DNA of 32,000 nucleotides from Candidatus Saccharimonadota bacterium (GCA_016700135.1 CP065004.1:420001-452000); one strand, 5' to 3'; positions 1-7,895 are shown, numbered from the stretch's first letter. The notes: generated by a model not told the origin, from the sequence alone. Made by a program: numbers and translations.

Positions 1-599
1 CAGTAAAAAAATGTATCTTCTTTGTTGTCAGCAAACCAAGAGACACTTTTGTCAACGAACTCTTCATACTGTTCTCTATTCTGCTTCCATGCATTGATAT
101 CATACTGCTCAAAAATATTAAACGAATCGAACCCTCGGCTCAAACCCGTGAAATCGTCATGAAGTATCCCCGATGTTACAAAACTAACGGTTTTATACCC
201 GTTCTTTTGTAGAATGGCAGCAAGTGTCTCCGTGTCATTTAGACGTTCCGTGTTCGTAAATAATCCGCCCTCATCGGCGTGCTGCGGACTGGCATTAGAA
301 AAAATACCTGTCTGTGATGGAGATTTTCCGGTAAACAGCATAGCAAATGACGGATATGTCTGAGGTATCAGTGTATACGCGTTTTGAAATACCGTCGCCT
401 GTTTTGACAATTTTTTCAGGTGCGGATCTGTCTCTCTGTCATATCCGTAGGTTGAGAGATGATCAGGTCGGACAGTATCCACGGAAATCAGCACAATATT
501 TAAATCGGGATGTCGCAGATCTCTGGTTTTGTACGAAAGAAACCATACGCCCGCTATAATGACGGTACTGAGTAGAAGAGCTTGAAATATAGGTCTCAT
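1..599 (-). CDS. Sulfatase-family (alkaline-phosphatase superfamily) membrane-anchored protein, N-terminal ~199 codons; gene continues past window start
   Basis: Own reverse-strand translation from the ATG at 599-597: MRPIFQALLLSTVIIAGVWFLSYKTRDLRHPDLNIVLISVDTVRPDHLSTYGYDRETDPHLKKLSKQATVFQNAYTLIPQTYPSFAMLFTGKSPSQTGIF... It stays open to base 1, so it is absent from the ORF track. A TM helix is followed by the ISVDTxRxDHL metal-site block and a T-x-PS...TG block, typical of sulfatase-type enzymes. Confidence 0.7.
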   Translation of the reverse strand, partial: MRPIFQALLLSTVIIAGVWFLSYKTRDLRHPDLNIVLISVDTVRPDHLSTYGYDRETDPHLKKLSKQATVFQNAYTLIPQTYPSFAMLFTGKSPSQTGIFSNASPQHADEGGLFTNTERLNDTETLAAILQKNGYKTVSFVTSGILHDDFTGLSRGFDSFNIFEQYDINAWKQNREQYEEFVDKSVSWFADNKEDTFFY

Positions 600-657
600 A
601 AGTGATCGTTATATATAATATACTAGCTCCAAAGCATGTGTCACATTTTTCATACCT

Positions 658-1938
658 ATGCGGGATCTTAAAACGACTACAATCGAAACACTTACTAGGC
701 TGCAAGACATAGACATCATTGAGAGAATAGATAATTATTCCGAGCGTTTCTATGATGAGCCAAGGCACTTTTACTTTGGGACTGTGTTATCTTCTGATTA
801 TGAAAAAATTCTGAGGAAGGATTACTTTTATCATTCCGAACAGTCAATCGGAGTGGGAATATCTTTTGAATCACCCTATCATGCACTTTTAAAATCAATA
901 ATGGAAGCGGTTGAGCGTTTTTCTCAAAGATCCGTCCCTACTGATCGGATACGGTACCGAACTCTATCTGTCTCCGAACAAAAGGCTTCAATTTTTTTCC
1001 AATCTGAAGACTTAAACTTTAAACTCAAGCCGTTACAATTCGGCTTTGTGGAAGGAATGGATATGATTACAGGACAACCTGCGGAGGTCCCTGCACAATA
1101 CGTATACCTGGAGTCGTACCATAAACTGACAAATCATACTGAAACACTTTTTACCCCGGATATTTCCACCGGTACTGCGGCCGGTTTTGATGAAGAAAAG
1201 GTCCTCATGACCGGTATTTGTGAGATTGTAGAACGGGATGCTCTCATGTCACTTTACCTCAACTCGGTACCTTTGCATCCGATAGATACGCGAAGTTTAC
1301 CGTTTCAAAAGATAAAAAGGATAATAAATCTCTGCAGAAGATATCTCCTGACGCCGTATATTTTCATCATACAGACCGATTTACAGATTCCTGTCGCTAT
1401 GACAATACTGGTAGACAAGACGGGGTACGGAGCCGCTGTTTCAGTGGGTGGGGGATGCTCACCCGAGATTGAAAGTGCTATTATTCACAGTATTGAAGAG
1501 TCGCTGGCATTCCGATTTCTCATAAAACGGAAAATGAATGAGCTACGTACGACCGAATTCAATATAAAGCAAAGCGAAATTATCGACAATACATATATGC
1601 AAATGTACTGGAGCGCTTTGGATAAGATTAATGAATTATCGTTCTGGATTGATCAAGATCCTCTTCCCTATCAACATCCCGATAATCCGATACAAAAGCT
1701 CTCCGATTTTGTCTCTTTGTGTAAGAAAAGAAAGATTCCTCTGTATAATGTAAATATCACTCCAAAGCCTTTGCAAGATGCAGGAATAGTGGTGCGAAGA
1801 GCTGTTATGCCTACGCTTCAGCCATTTTATGATGATCGGACTAAACCATTTATTTATAAAAAGAGGATAGAGACGGTATCAAAAAAATTTAATAAACACA
1901 CCTATACCTTAAATCCCATTCCCCATCCGATACCATGA
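658..1938 (+). CDS. YcaO-type cyclodehydratase (azoline-forming class)
   Basis: 426 aa. YcaO hallmark blocks GVGISFESPYHALLKSIMEAVERFS and STGTAAGFDEEKVLMTGICEIVERDA. The C-terminus ...NPIPHPIP matches the PxPxP motif described for azoline-forming YcaOs. The stop overlaps the next start (ATGA). Confidence 0.85.
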   Translation: MRDLKTTTIETLTRLQDIDIIERIDNYSERFYDEPRHFYFGTVLSSDYEKILRKDYFYHSEQSIGVGISFESPYHALLKSIMEAVERFSQRSVPTDRIRYRTLSVSEQKASIFFQSEDLNFKLKPLQFGFVEGMDMITGQPAEVPAQYVYLESYHKLTNHTETLFTPDISTGTAAGFDEEKVLMTGICEIVERDALMSLYLNSVPLHPIDTRSLPFQKIKRIINLCRRYLLTPYIFIIQTDLQIPVAMTILVDKTGYGAAVSVGGGCSPEIESAIIHSIEESLAFRFLIKRKMNELRTTEFNIKQSEIIDNTYMQMYWSALDKINELSFWIDQDPLPYQHPDNPIQKLSDFVSLCKKRKIPLYNVNITPKPLQDAGIVVRRAVMPTLQPFYDDRTKPFIYKKRIETVSKKFNKHTYTLNPIPHPIP

Positions 1939-2690
1939 AAAAAATTGATATAAAAGAGCTCACTCAGACAAGAAGTCATGCGTACCAAAGATTTCATAAG
2001 AAAACGATTCTTTCGTCCATTCCTCAATTTGAGTTTATGCCTGATGAACTGCCTGAAGCAGCTACGAAAACCTACTATAAGTCGTATCCGCGATTCCCGG
2101 AGATCAAACTTCCGACGCCGGACATGAAGCTGGGAAAACTGAGCGAATCTTTTGAGCAAAGAACTTCTTCCCGAACCTTTTCCAACAAACCGGTTTCAAT
2201 GAAGCAGTTGAGCACACTTCTCCATTTCTCTGCCGGAGAACATAATAAAAATAAACGATTTTACCCTTCCGGCGGGGCAAGATATGGCTTAGAGACGTAT
2301 CTCATTTCAACAAATACTTCTCTTGAAAACGGTGTGTATCATTACTATGTTCCCGGACATTCTCTCGAAAAACTCCTTTCGATAGATACCGTAGATTTTC
2401 ACAAAGCATTTACCCCTTACAATCAAACATGGGCTAAGAATATGGGCTTCATGATTGTGATGACAGCCGTTATCGATAGAATATTCATCAAATACGGTGA
2501 GAGAAGCTATCGATTTGCGCATATCGAAGCCGGCCATATGGGGCAGAATATGTATCTGATCTCCAATCAAATCAGTCTGAATTGCTGCGGCGCAGCCGGC
2601 ATCGTTGATACATACTTTGAAAAAGTGCTGGATATCAACCTGGAAAAGGAGCCCATAATCTACACGGTGATTTTTGGCAGTATCGGTTGA
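1935..2690 (+). CDS. SagB-type (nitroreductase-fold, FMN) azoline dehydrogenase
   Basis: 251 aa. Blocks RTSSRTFSNKPVSMKQLSTLLHFSAG and RFYPSGGARYGLETYLI are typical of SagB/McbC-type dehydrogenases. Translationally coupled to the YcaO gene. Confidence 0.8.
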   Translation: MKKIDIKELTQTRSHAYQRFHKKTILSSIPQFEFMPDELPEAATKTYYKSYPRFPEIKLPTPDMKLGKLSESFEQRTSSRTFSNKPVSMKQLSTLLHFSAGEHNKNKRFYPSGGARYGLETYLISTNTSLENGVYHYYVPGHSLEKLLSIDTVDFHKAFTPYNQTWAKNMGFMIVMTAVIDRIFIKYGERSYRFAHIEAGHMGQNMYLISNQISLNCCGAAGIVDTYFEKVLDINLEKEPIIYTVIFGSIG

Positions 2691-2727
2691 TAAGTAAAGC
2701 CTAAACTGATAATGTATAACTATATCT

Positions 2728-3099
2728 ATGAAACTTCTCAAGTACATCATCATTCTTCTTTTTGTCGTGGTACTGGCCGAAGCATTTTATTTGTTCGTGA
2801 TCAAAGGCTTTCAGTTTGGTCCTAAGAAACAGAACACTGCACAAACAGCAATCACAAGGTCTCCTACAGCAACTCCGTCCGAACCGTCAGAGATTGAGAT
2901 TGATGAAAATCGGCTGGAAAGTATTGACCAATTTTATTACGACATTAACCCCAATATGGCCCTTGATCCTAAAGTGATTTACAGTCACATCTTTTATAAA
3001 AAAAGGTGTTACCCAGAAATCGGTCATACAAAATACTCATCAGGGAAGGATCTCTCAAATCGATCGTACCCCACGCAAAGCTTTTTACGGGTATTATGA
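2728..3099 (+). CDS. Membrane-anchored protein TM1, N-terminal part (frame broken at the A7 run 2998-3004)
   Basis: N-terminal TM helix (LLKYIIILLFVVVLAEAFYLFVI) followed by a P/S/T-rich linker (RSPTATPSEPSE). After the A-run the listed frame turns into Cys/His/Tyr-rich text and stops, while the adjacent frame stays open (next feature). Confidence 0.55.
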   Translation: MKLLKYIIILLFVVVLAEAFYLFVIKGFQFGPKKQNTAQTAITRSPTATPSEPSEIEIDENRLESIDQFYYDINPNMALDPKVIYSHIFYKKRCYPEIGHTKYSSGKDLSNRSYPTQSFLRVL

Positions 3100-3382
3100 T
3101 TCTGTCCTTACAATCAGACTGGTCAATTCGGATAATCCGAATATTGGAATCACCCTCAACTTCAGTGAAGAGGATCTGAAAAGGCTAAATGTTTTCATCG
3201 ACCTTGATGAGGAAATTCAAACTGCAAGTACGGACATCCTTAAGGTAGGAGACACGATTGTTGTTGAGGATACTATTGATGCTACCGTCTCTATTCCGAA
3301 TGAGGCTGCAGGACAGGATGGTTTCTTGACCAAATCTTGGGGATTTAATAGAATTAAGACAGTCATAACCAAAATAAACTAA
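3002..3382 (+). CDS. C-terminal continuation of TM1 in the adjacent frame (no start codon of its own)
   Basis: Own translation of the frame starting at 3002: KGVTQKSVIQNTHQGRISQIDRTPRKAFYGYYDSVLTIRLVNSDNPNIGITLNFSEEDLKRLNVFIDLDEEIQTASTDILKVGDTIVVEDTIDATVSIPNEAAGQDGFLTKSWGFNRIKTVITKIN*. About 127 open codons contain no Met. Removing one A from 2998-3004 joins it to ...VIYSHIFYKK. It loosely resembles the C-terminal half of the 12838-13329 protein. Confidence 0.5.
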   Translation, partial: KGVTQKSVIQNTHQGRISQIDRTPRKAFYGYYDSVLTIRLVNSDNPNIGITLNFSEEDLKRLNVFIDLDEEIQTASTDILKVGDTIVVEDTIDATVSIPNEAAGQDGFLTKSWGFNRIKTVITKIN

Positions 3383-3402
3383 TATCATTCATAACGATTT
3401 AT

Positions 3403-3960
3403 ATGCGAACAAAAATTCATAATTATTCGAAGCCGAAAATCACTTCAAAAAAAATCAAGAGTAATTTTTTTTACAGTAAAAGAATGTATGACGGTGAGGA
3501 TCTTCTTGCCGGTATGATGGATGTTAGGATTCTTGCACGGTCCGGCTCTTGTAGCTGTTTCCCTGATTATACGAAAGTACTCCTTCCCGGCAACAATACG
3601 AAATCGATAAGAGATATTCGAGAAGGAGACACGGTGACTTCATACAATCTTGATGAGAATAGATTGACTGAGAGCAAAGTCATGGAGCAAATTATTCATC
3701 TTGATGCAAAAGTACAGTACTTTATCATCAACGGGAATATCAAGACAACCGCAGAACATCCGTTCTGGGTAAACGGAGAAAGATGGACAAGAGCCCACGA
3801 GATAAAGGTAGGAGATTGGCTGCTTACACCGACAGGTGAAAAAGTGGAAATTTCCGATATCGAGTCTTATTCCGCAGTAGAGACAGTATACAATCTTGAG
3901 CTGGAAGGAGAAGAACACAACTATTTTGCAGAAAATGTACTGGTACATAACCAACGCTAA
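3403..3960 (+). CDS. 51-aa leader-like N-terminal peptide fused to a complete Hint (intein-fold) autoprocessing domain
   Basis: 185 aa. Hint block A is C52-FPDYTKVLLPG...IRDIREGDTV, block B is TAEHPFWV, and the terminal block is VYNLELEGEEHNYFAENVLVHN followed only by QR-stop. The N-terminal 51 aa contain Y8-SKPKI and end in SGSCS directly before Cys52 (codon 3556-3558). Confidence 0.8.
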   Translation: MRTKIHNYSKPKITSKKIKSNFFYSKRMYDGEDLLAGMMDVRILARSGSCSCFPDYTKVLLPGNNTKSIRDIREGDTVTSYNLDENRLTESKVMEQIIHLDAKVQYFIINGNIKTTAEHPFWVNGERWTRAHEIKVGDWLLTPTGEKVEISDIESYSAVETVYNLELEGEEHNYFAENVLVHNQR

Positions 3961-4785
3961 TGTAAGATGTCTCCGTTTTTGAAAAATGATATAACCTTTT
4001 CCTCGTCCTTGGGGAAATCAAGGTAATAAAAGTGATTAAACTCCGCTACAAACTTCAGAAATATTTCCATTTTGTCTTTTACCTGCACACCGTCATAAGT
4101 AAAATCACCTAAAAATAAATTCAGTATCTGCTTATTGTCTTCCAGTTTTGTGACTTTGACATTCGCTCGATTTTCTCAAAAAGAAGATTTTCCTGAGAGG
4201 ATAGCTTTCCGAATGCTTAGTTAGCCACCAATTCCTTTCCCATAACGGATTTTGGAAGCAATGGAAGGTATTCCCAATCTTTAATCAGGACAAATCATCA
4301 GCAAAACGGTGGAACTTTTTCCGTAGGAGTGTACTGATTGTAGTCTTCCCCGCCCCGGATTTTCCTAAAAAAAGATATGCTCTTCCTTCGTGAATAATGC
4401 TTGATGCATGCTGAAAAAATCCGGTATCTTTTATGAGAATACTCAGAATTTCCGTAATAATATAATGAAATTGAGACGTGCTTATGGAATAATAAGTTCG
4501 GATACGATTCGGAGATTTTTGCTCATAGAGATTGATAAAGTGAAATTTGCTTTGAATACCGGGAATGACACTCATGATATTGCTTTCCCGAAACTCAATC
4601 GTATAATCAACCTTTTTGGGCTTTTCCATAGAGACAAAGTCGCGAAAAAGCATCATTATCTCTCGCTGCAATTTGTCGCGAAGAAACACCGTAAAACGGG
4701 GCTTGATCATAACGACTTTAATTGAAAAGCCGATAATATTCAGATAAAAAGTACTCATAGATCCTTGTATAATAATCAGACCCAT
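3957..4785 (-). pseudogene. HPr-kinase-like P-loop kinase paralogue, inactivated (in-frame TGA plus one frameshift)
   Basis: The ORF 4285-4785 ends ...HASSIIHEGRAYLFLGKSGAGKTTISTLLRKKFHRFADDLS-TGA (4285-4287). The same frame continues as LKIGNTFHCFQNPLWERN...YPLRKIFFLRKSSEC, collinear with the 11615 paralogue (ADD..AFQLPLEKK..PIRALFYLSQS). A 1-nt frame change near 4158 then gives KVTKLEDNKQILNLFL...FLKFVAEFNHFYYLDFPKDEEKVISFF...-TAG (3957-3959). Confidence 0.65.
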
Positions 4786-4806
4786 TATAGCCTAATCATA
4801 ATCCGT

Positions 4807-7044
4807 ATGTCAGAGATTCATCCCATCATTCAAACCATTGAGAACAACGATGAGGCTTATATACTGTGGAAAGATCACAACATCAAAAATGCAATTGTTT
4901 TGCATATAGACGCACATTTAGATTACAGAAACGATCGTGCCGGACTTCATATCGGGAATTATCTAAAGCATGCAGTTAAAGAACATCTTGCAAAAACGAT
5001 CTACTGGATAGTGCCGGGAAGCGGCAAACAGTTTACAAGCAAGCGGCAAGCGATCAAACAAAAACTGCGTTCTGCAGGGATTCACGAAGAAATAGTACAA
5101 GCAAAATCAGGACTAACGACACTTATTGACCAAACTCGCTTGATCGTATGCCCCTTAGGACTACTACCGAAGACTATCGAAGAACCATATGTCATCGATA
5201 TTGATCTCGATTTTATGTTTTTTTCTTCCTGTCTTACGGCCGATCGGGTACGTAATATTGGCAAAAGATCGCCGTGGATCTCTACTGAGTATTTTGCAAA
5301 GACAATAAAACCGTTGGTAAAAAGTGCCGCATTGACTACTCTTTGCTACTCGACAACCGGAGGCTGGACTCCTATGAGATATCGCCATTTCGGAGATCAG
5401 ATTTTACATATTTTGGGAACTCAAAAGGACAGTATTCATCAAAGAATTATCGCTGGAAATTTTTTTACTTCGTTCTGGAAATATTTCAAAGATAATACAT
5501 TGCAGCAGGCGAAAAAATATTATCAGTCTGCTTTAGCACTGAATCCGACATACGCAAGTTTTTTCATGACTGACGGTCCTCTGTTCATATTGAAAGGTGA
5601 CTTGAGAAGTGCAAGAACAGAATTTTCCCGACTGCAGCAAATTGATCCTCAAAATATTTATGCAATCTTTGGCCTGGGCCTCGTGGAGCTACTTTCAGGC
5701 AATTTGACAAAAGCGAAGGTCTTGATGGAAAAAGCACGATCAATAACGAGTAATAAGGAAATTGTACTCTTTTTAATATATATACAGTCACAACTTGGTG
5801 AGCACGAGATGGTTCAAGAACTTCTGACGGAGTACAAAAAGAGTACGTTCCCTGAAAAACCGCTACCCACAAATGTTCTTAACGGGATACTCCATGAGAT
5901 CGCGGAAAAACTTAAGACAGAGCATCAGATAAAAAATATCGGACAGATGTATCTGTATCCGAATCCTCACGCGGTCACAGTATGGAAAAGGCTGGCGGAA
6001 TACTCCTCCAATAACATCGGAAACTGGACTGAAGAACCTGAAAGCCTTCGGCATACAGCAGCCGCAATCGAACTTGATCTTATCGAAAAAATGGTTGATT
6101 TATATTTCGAAAACCCTGCCGCATATGGAGGATATATGACATCCGGTGCGACGGAAGGAAATATTTTTTCTGCATGGCTGGGACGTAAATATCTTGAAAA
6201 GAAACCCGTGAAATCTCCTATCATACTTCTTGCCAATGACCTCGCCCATTACTCTATCTTCAAGGCAGCAGACGTAACCGGTCTAACCGTTCAATCCATC
6301 CCGGTCAATACCAAAGATTGGAACACGGATACCGACAAACTCATAAAAACAGTCGTCAAATTAAAGAAAAAAGGTATTTCAAAATTTCTTATACCTCTCA
6401 CTCTCGGATACACAGTCGGAGGGACAAATGATGACGTTCAAACAATTGTTCAGGAACTACGCCGGTTGAAAGAGAAAATGGGTATTGAGTATTTCCTTTG
6501 GATCGATGCCGCACTTTCCGGCCTTACCATACCGTTTCTTAAGAATGACTATAGATCCTATTTCTCTCAGGAAATCCATACGGTTGTCGTTGACTTTCAT
6601 AAGGCTCTCGGCGTCCCGATGCCGGCAGGATTTGTTCTCTACCGAAAAGAATTGGCGGGACCGATAAAAACGACTATCCCTTACCTGTCAACCGGTGACA
6701 GCACTCTCCTCGGTTCACGAAACGGAATTGCTCCAATAGCAGCCTGGATGAGTATCCATCAGTATGGATTTACCAAACTTTCCCGTATCCTTAAGAAAGA
6801 AATACATCGCAAGAATAGGATAATAAGCGAAGTGCGAAGAAAATTTCCGGATGCAAGAGTAATAACTGACAGCGATTCACTCCATGCCGCCATATTAGTA
6901 CATGAAGCGCTTCCTCAATCATTCTGTACACGATATGGGCTGCATCTCCGAAAATATACGATAAACAACAAAGAATACTTGTTGTATCCCTTGTTTTTCA
7001 TGCCCCGATGGGATCAGGAATATGCAAGCGGTCCGCGGGAATGA
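4807..7044 (+). CDS. Three-domain fusion: UPF0489-like N-domain, TPR repeats, and a group-II PLP-dependent decarboxylase-like C-domain
   Basis: N-domain: AYILWKDHNIKNAIVLHIDAHLDY and YVIDIDLDFMFFSS (UPF0489-like HxDxHxD and DIDLDFF blocks). TPR: AKKYYQSALALNPTYA and FSRLQQIDPQNIYAIFGLG. C-domain: GGYMTSGATEGNIFSAW, AHYSIFKAADVTGL, IDAALSGLTIPF and VVVDFHKALGVPMPAGFVLYRK (PLP-lysine D-x-HK block). The track starts at TTG 4765; I prefer ATG 4807 (MSEIHPII). TGTATAAT at 4766-4773 is a possible extended -10. Confidence 0.7.
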   Translation: MSEIHPIIQTIENNDEAYILWKDHNIKNAIVLHIDAHLDYRNDRAGLHIGNYLKHAVKEHLAKTIYWIVPGSGKQFTSKRQAIKQKLRSAGIHEEIVQAKSGLTTLIDQTRLIVCPLGLLPKTIEEPYVIDIDLDFMFFSSCLTADRVRNIGKRSPWISTEYFAKTIKPLVKSAALTTLCYSTTGGWTPMRYRHFGDQILHILGTQKDSIHQRIIAGNFFTSFWKYFKDNTLQQAKKYYQSALALNPTYASFFMTDGPLFILKGDLRSARTEFSRLQQIDPQNIYAIFGLGLVELLSGNLTKAKVLMEKARSITSNKEIVLFLIYIQSQLGEHEMVQELLTEYKKSTFPEKPLPTNVLNGILHEIAEKLKTEHQIKNIGQMYLYPNPHAVTVWKRLAEYSSNNIGNWTEEPESLRHTAAAIELDLIEKMVDLYFENPAAYGGYMTSGATEGNIFSAWLGRKYLEKKPVKSPIILLANDLAHYSIFKAADVTGLTVQSIPVNTKDWNTDTDKLIKTVVKLKKKGISKFLIPLTLGYTVGGTNDDVQTIVQELRRLKEKMGIEYFLWIDAALSGLTIPFLKNDYRSYFSQEIHTVVVDFHKALGVPMPAGFVLYRKELAGPIKTTIPYLSTGDSTLLGSRNGIAPIAAWMSIHQYGFTKLSRILKKEIHRKNRIISEVRRKFPDARVITDSDSLHAAILVHEALPQSFCTRYGLHLRKYTINNKEYLLYPLFFMPRWDQEYASGPRE

Positions 7045-7895
7045 AATTTGTATTCAGTCGGGTCAGAGATACCCGCCCGGAGAAAACTTTGTTTTCTATA
7101 CTGACAGAAATAACATCTGCCGCAGTGAATTTTGTAGTTTATCGGACTGATACAGCTAAACATTTTTTCGAGCGGATATCCTTTCTCAGTAGCCCAACGT
7201 ATCAAAATATCTTTGTCCCAAAAAAATCCGAGTTCTTTCTCTAAAGCAAGGGATGTATACTGCCAGTTCATGTCACCGGTCAAAATGCAAAGATTTTGCA
7301 TCACGCTTCGCATCGCCGTCAGCGTCTCATACTTCAAACTTTCTCCGTCTGACGTGACGAATGCAGAGAAGATCGTGCGGATTGATACATTCTTTTCTTC
7401 CTGAAGAAAAAGCGCATACTCGGCAGCATTCAGGGCTAAAAGACCGCTGTAAAGAGGTAAGCCTTTCCTCTGATTTGTGTCACTACTTACAACCTCCTGA
7501 GAATGCTCGGTGATCTTCCATCTGATCTCTTTCGGAGGCATAGGAACATCCAAGTACTGGACTGTCTGAAAAAGCTTAGCATATTTTTTCTGGAAAAACT
7601 GAGAGAAGAACCGTACTGCATTTTCTTCCCGTTGGATGCGCTTATGTCCTCTCCGGAAAAAAACAGGGTAGACCTGCATCTGATACTCTTCAAGAAGCAT
7701 TCCCCAAAGTATAGTAGAGTCCAAACCACCGGATACGGTGAGGATTACCGATTCTCCTTTTTGAGGCATGCGGAAAACATATCCCCGCTTCTCCTTCAAA
7801 AAAGACTCAATGCATTTCAAGGCTGAAAGGTCTTCAAGCTTTCGCTCTATTAACATTCTCTGTAGTTGTTTACTTGTGAGTTTCGGTAATTTCAT
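7014..7895 (-). CDS. QueC-like PP-loop ATP pyrophosphatase (7-cyano-7-deazaguanine-synthase family fold)
   Basis: 293 aa. PP-loop VILTVSGGLDSTILW, and a C-terminal zinc cluster SCISPINYKIHCGRCYFCQYRKQSFLRAGISDP matching the QueC pattern C..CG.C..C..R...F...G..DP. The start overlaps the upstream stop (ATGA at 7895). Its 3' end overlaps the convergent 4807-7044 gene by 31 nt. Confidence 0.7.
   Translation of the reverse strand: MKLPKLTSKQLQRMLIERKLEDLSALKCIESFLKEKRGYVFRMPQKGESVILTVSGGLDSTILWGMLLEEYQMQVYPVFFRRGHKRIQREENAVRFFSQFFQKKYAKLFQTVQYLDVPMPPKEIRWKITEHSQEVVSSDTNQRKGLPLYSGLLALNAAEYALFLQEEKNVSIRTIFSAFVTSDGESLKYETLTAMRSVMQNLCILTGDMNWQYTSLALEKELGFFWDKDILIRWATEKGYPLEKMFSCISPINYKIHCGRCYFCQYRKQSFLRAGISDPTEYKFHSRGPLAYS

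Noticed and set aside
347-768. Track ORFs 347-559 (+) and 463-768 (-)
   Set aside because: The first is antisense inside the sulfatase-family gene that I translated on the minus strand. The second spans that gene's start and the divergent promoter gap, in the wrong frame. Neither has a recognisable motif.
2307-2753. 148-aa minus-strand ORF
   Set aside because: It lies entirely antisense to the SagB-type dehydrogenase, which has clear family motifs. It is a shadow ORF.
3403-3960. Bona fide intein or mini-intein
   Set aside because: There is no host protein. The N-extein is 51 aa with no recognisable fold, the C-extein is just Q-R, and the +1 residue is not Cys, Ser or Thr, so splicing cannot occur.
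3640-4021. Minus-strand ORFs 3640-3954 and 3824-4021
   Set aside because: They are antisense to the Hint-domain gene. Their text is Cys/Phe-rich and non-protein-like.
4285-4287. UGA-as-sense genetic code (code 4 or 25) to explain the in-frame TGA of the kinase paralogue
   Set aside because: TGA serves as the stop in several tightly coupled ATGA overlaps (1935-1938, 7895-7897) and at 7014. Long ORFs of 400-760 codons contain no in-frame TGA. The standard code therefore fits, and the TGA is read as a nonsense mutation.
5082-6667. Several 60-95-aa ORFs on both strands inside 4807-7044
   Set aside because: All are nested in the long, motif-supported decarboxylase-fusion gene. They are shadow ORFs.
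7008-7826. Plus-strand ORFs 7008-7244, 7213-7404 and 7503-7826, and minus-strand 7487-7729
   Set aside because: They are antisense to, or out of frame within, the QueC-like gene, which carries the SGGLDS and Cys-cluster motifs.
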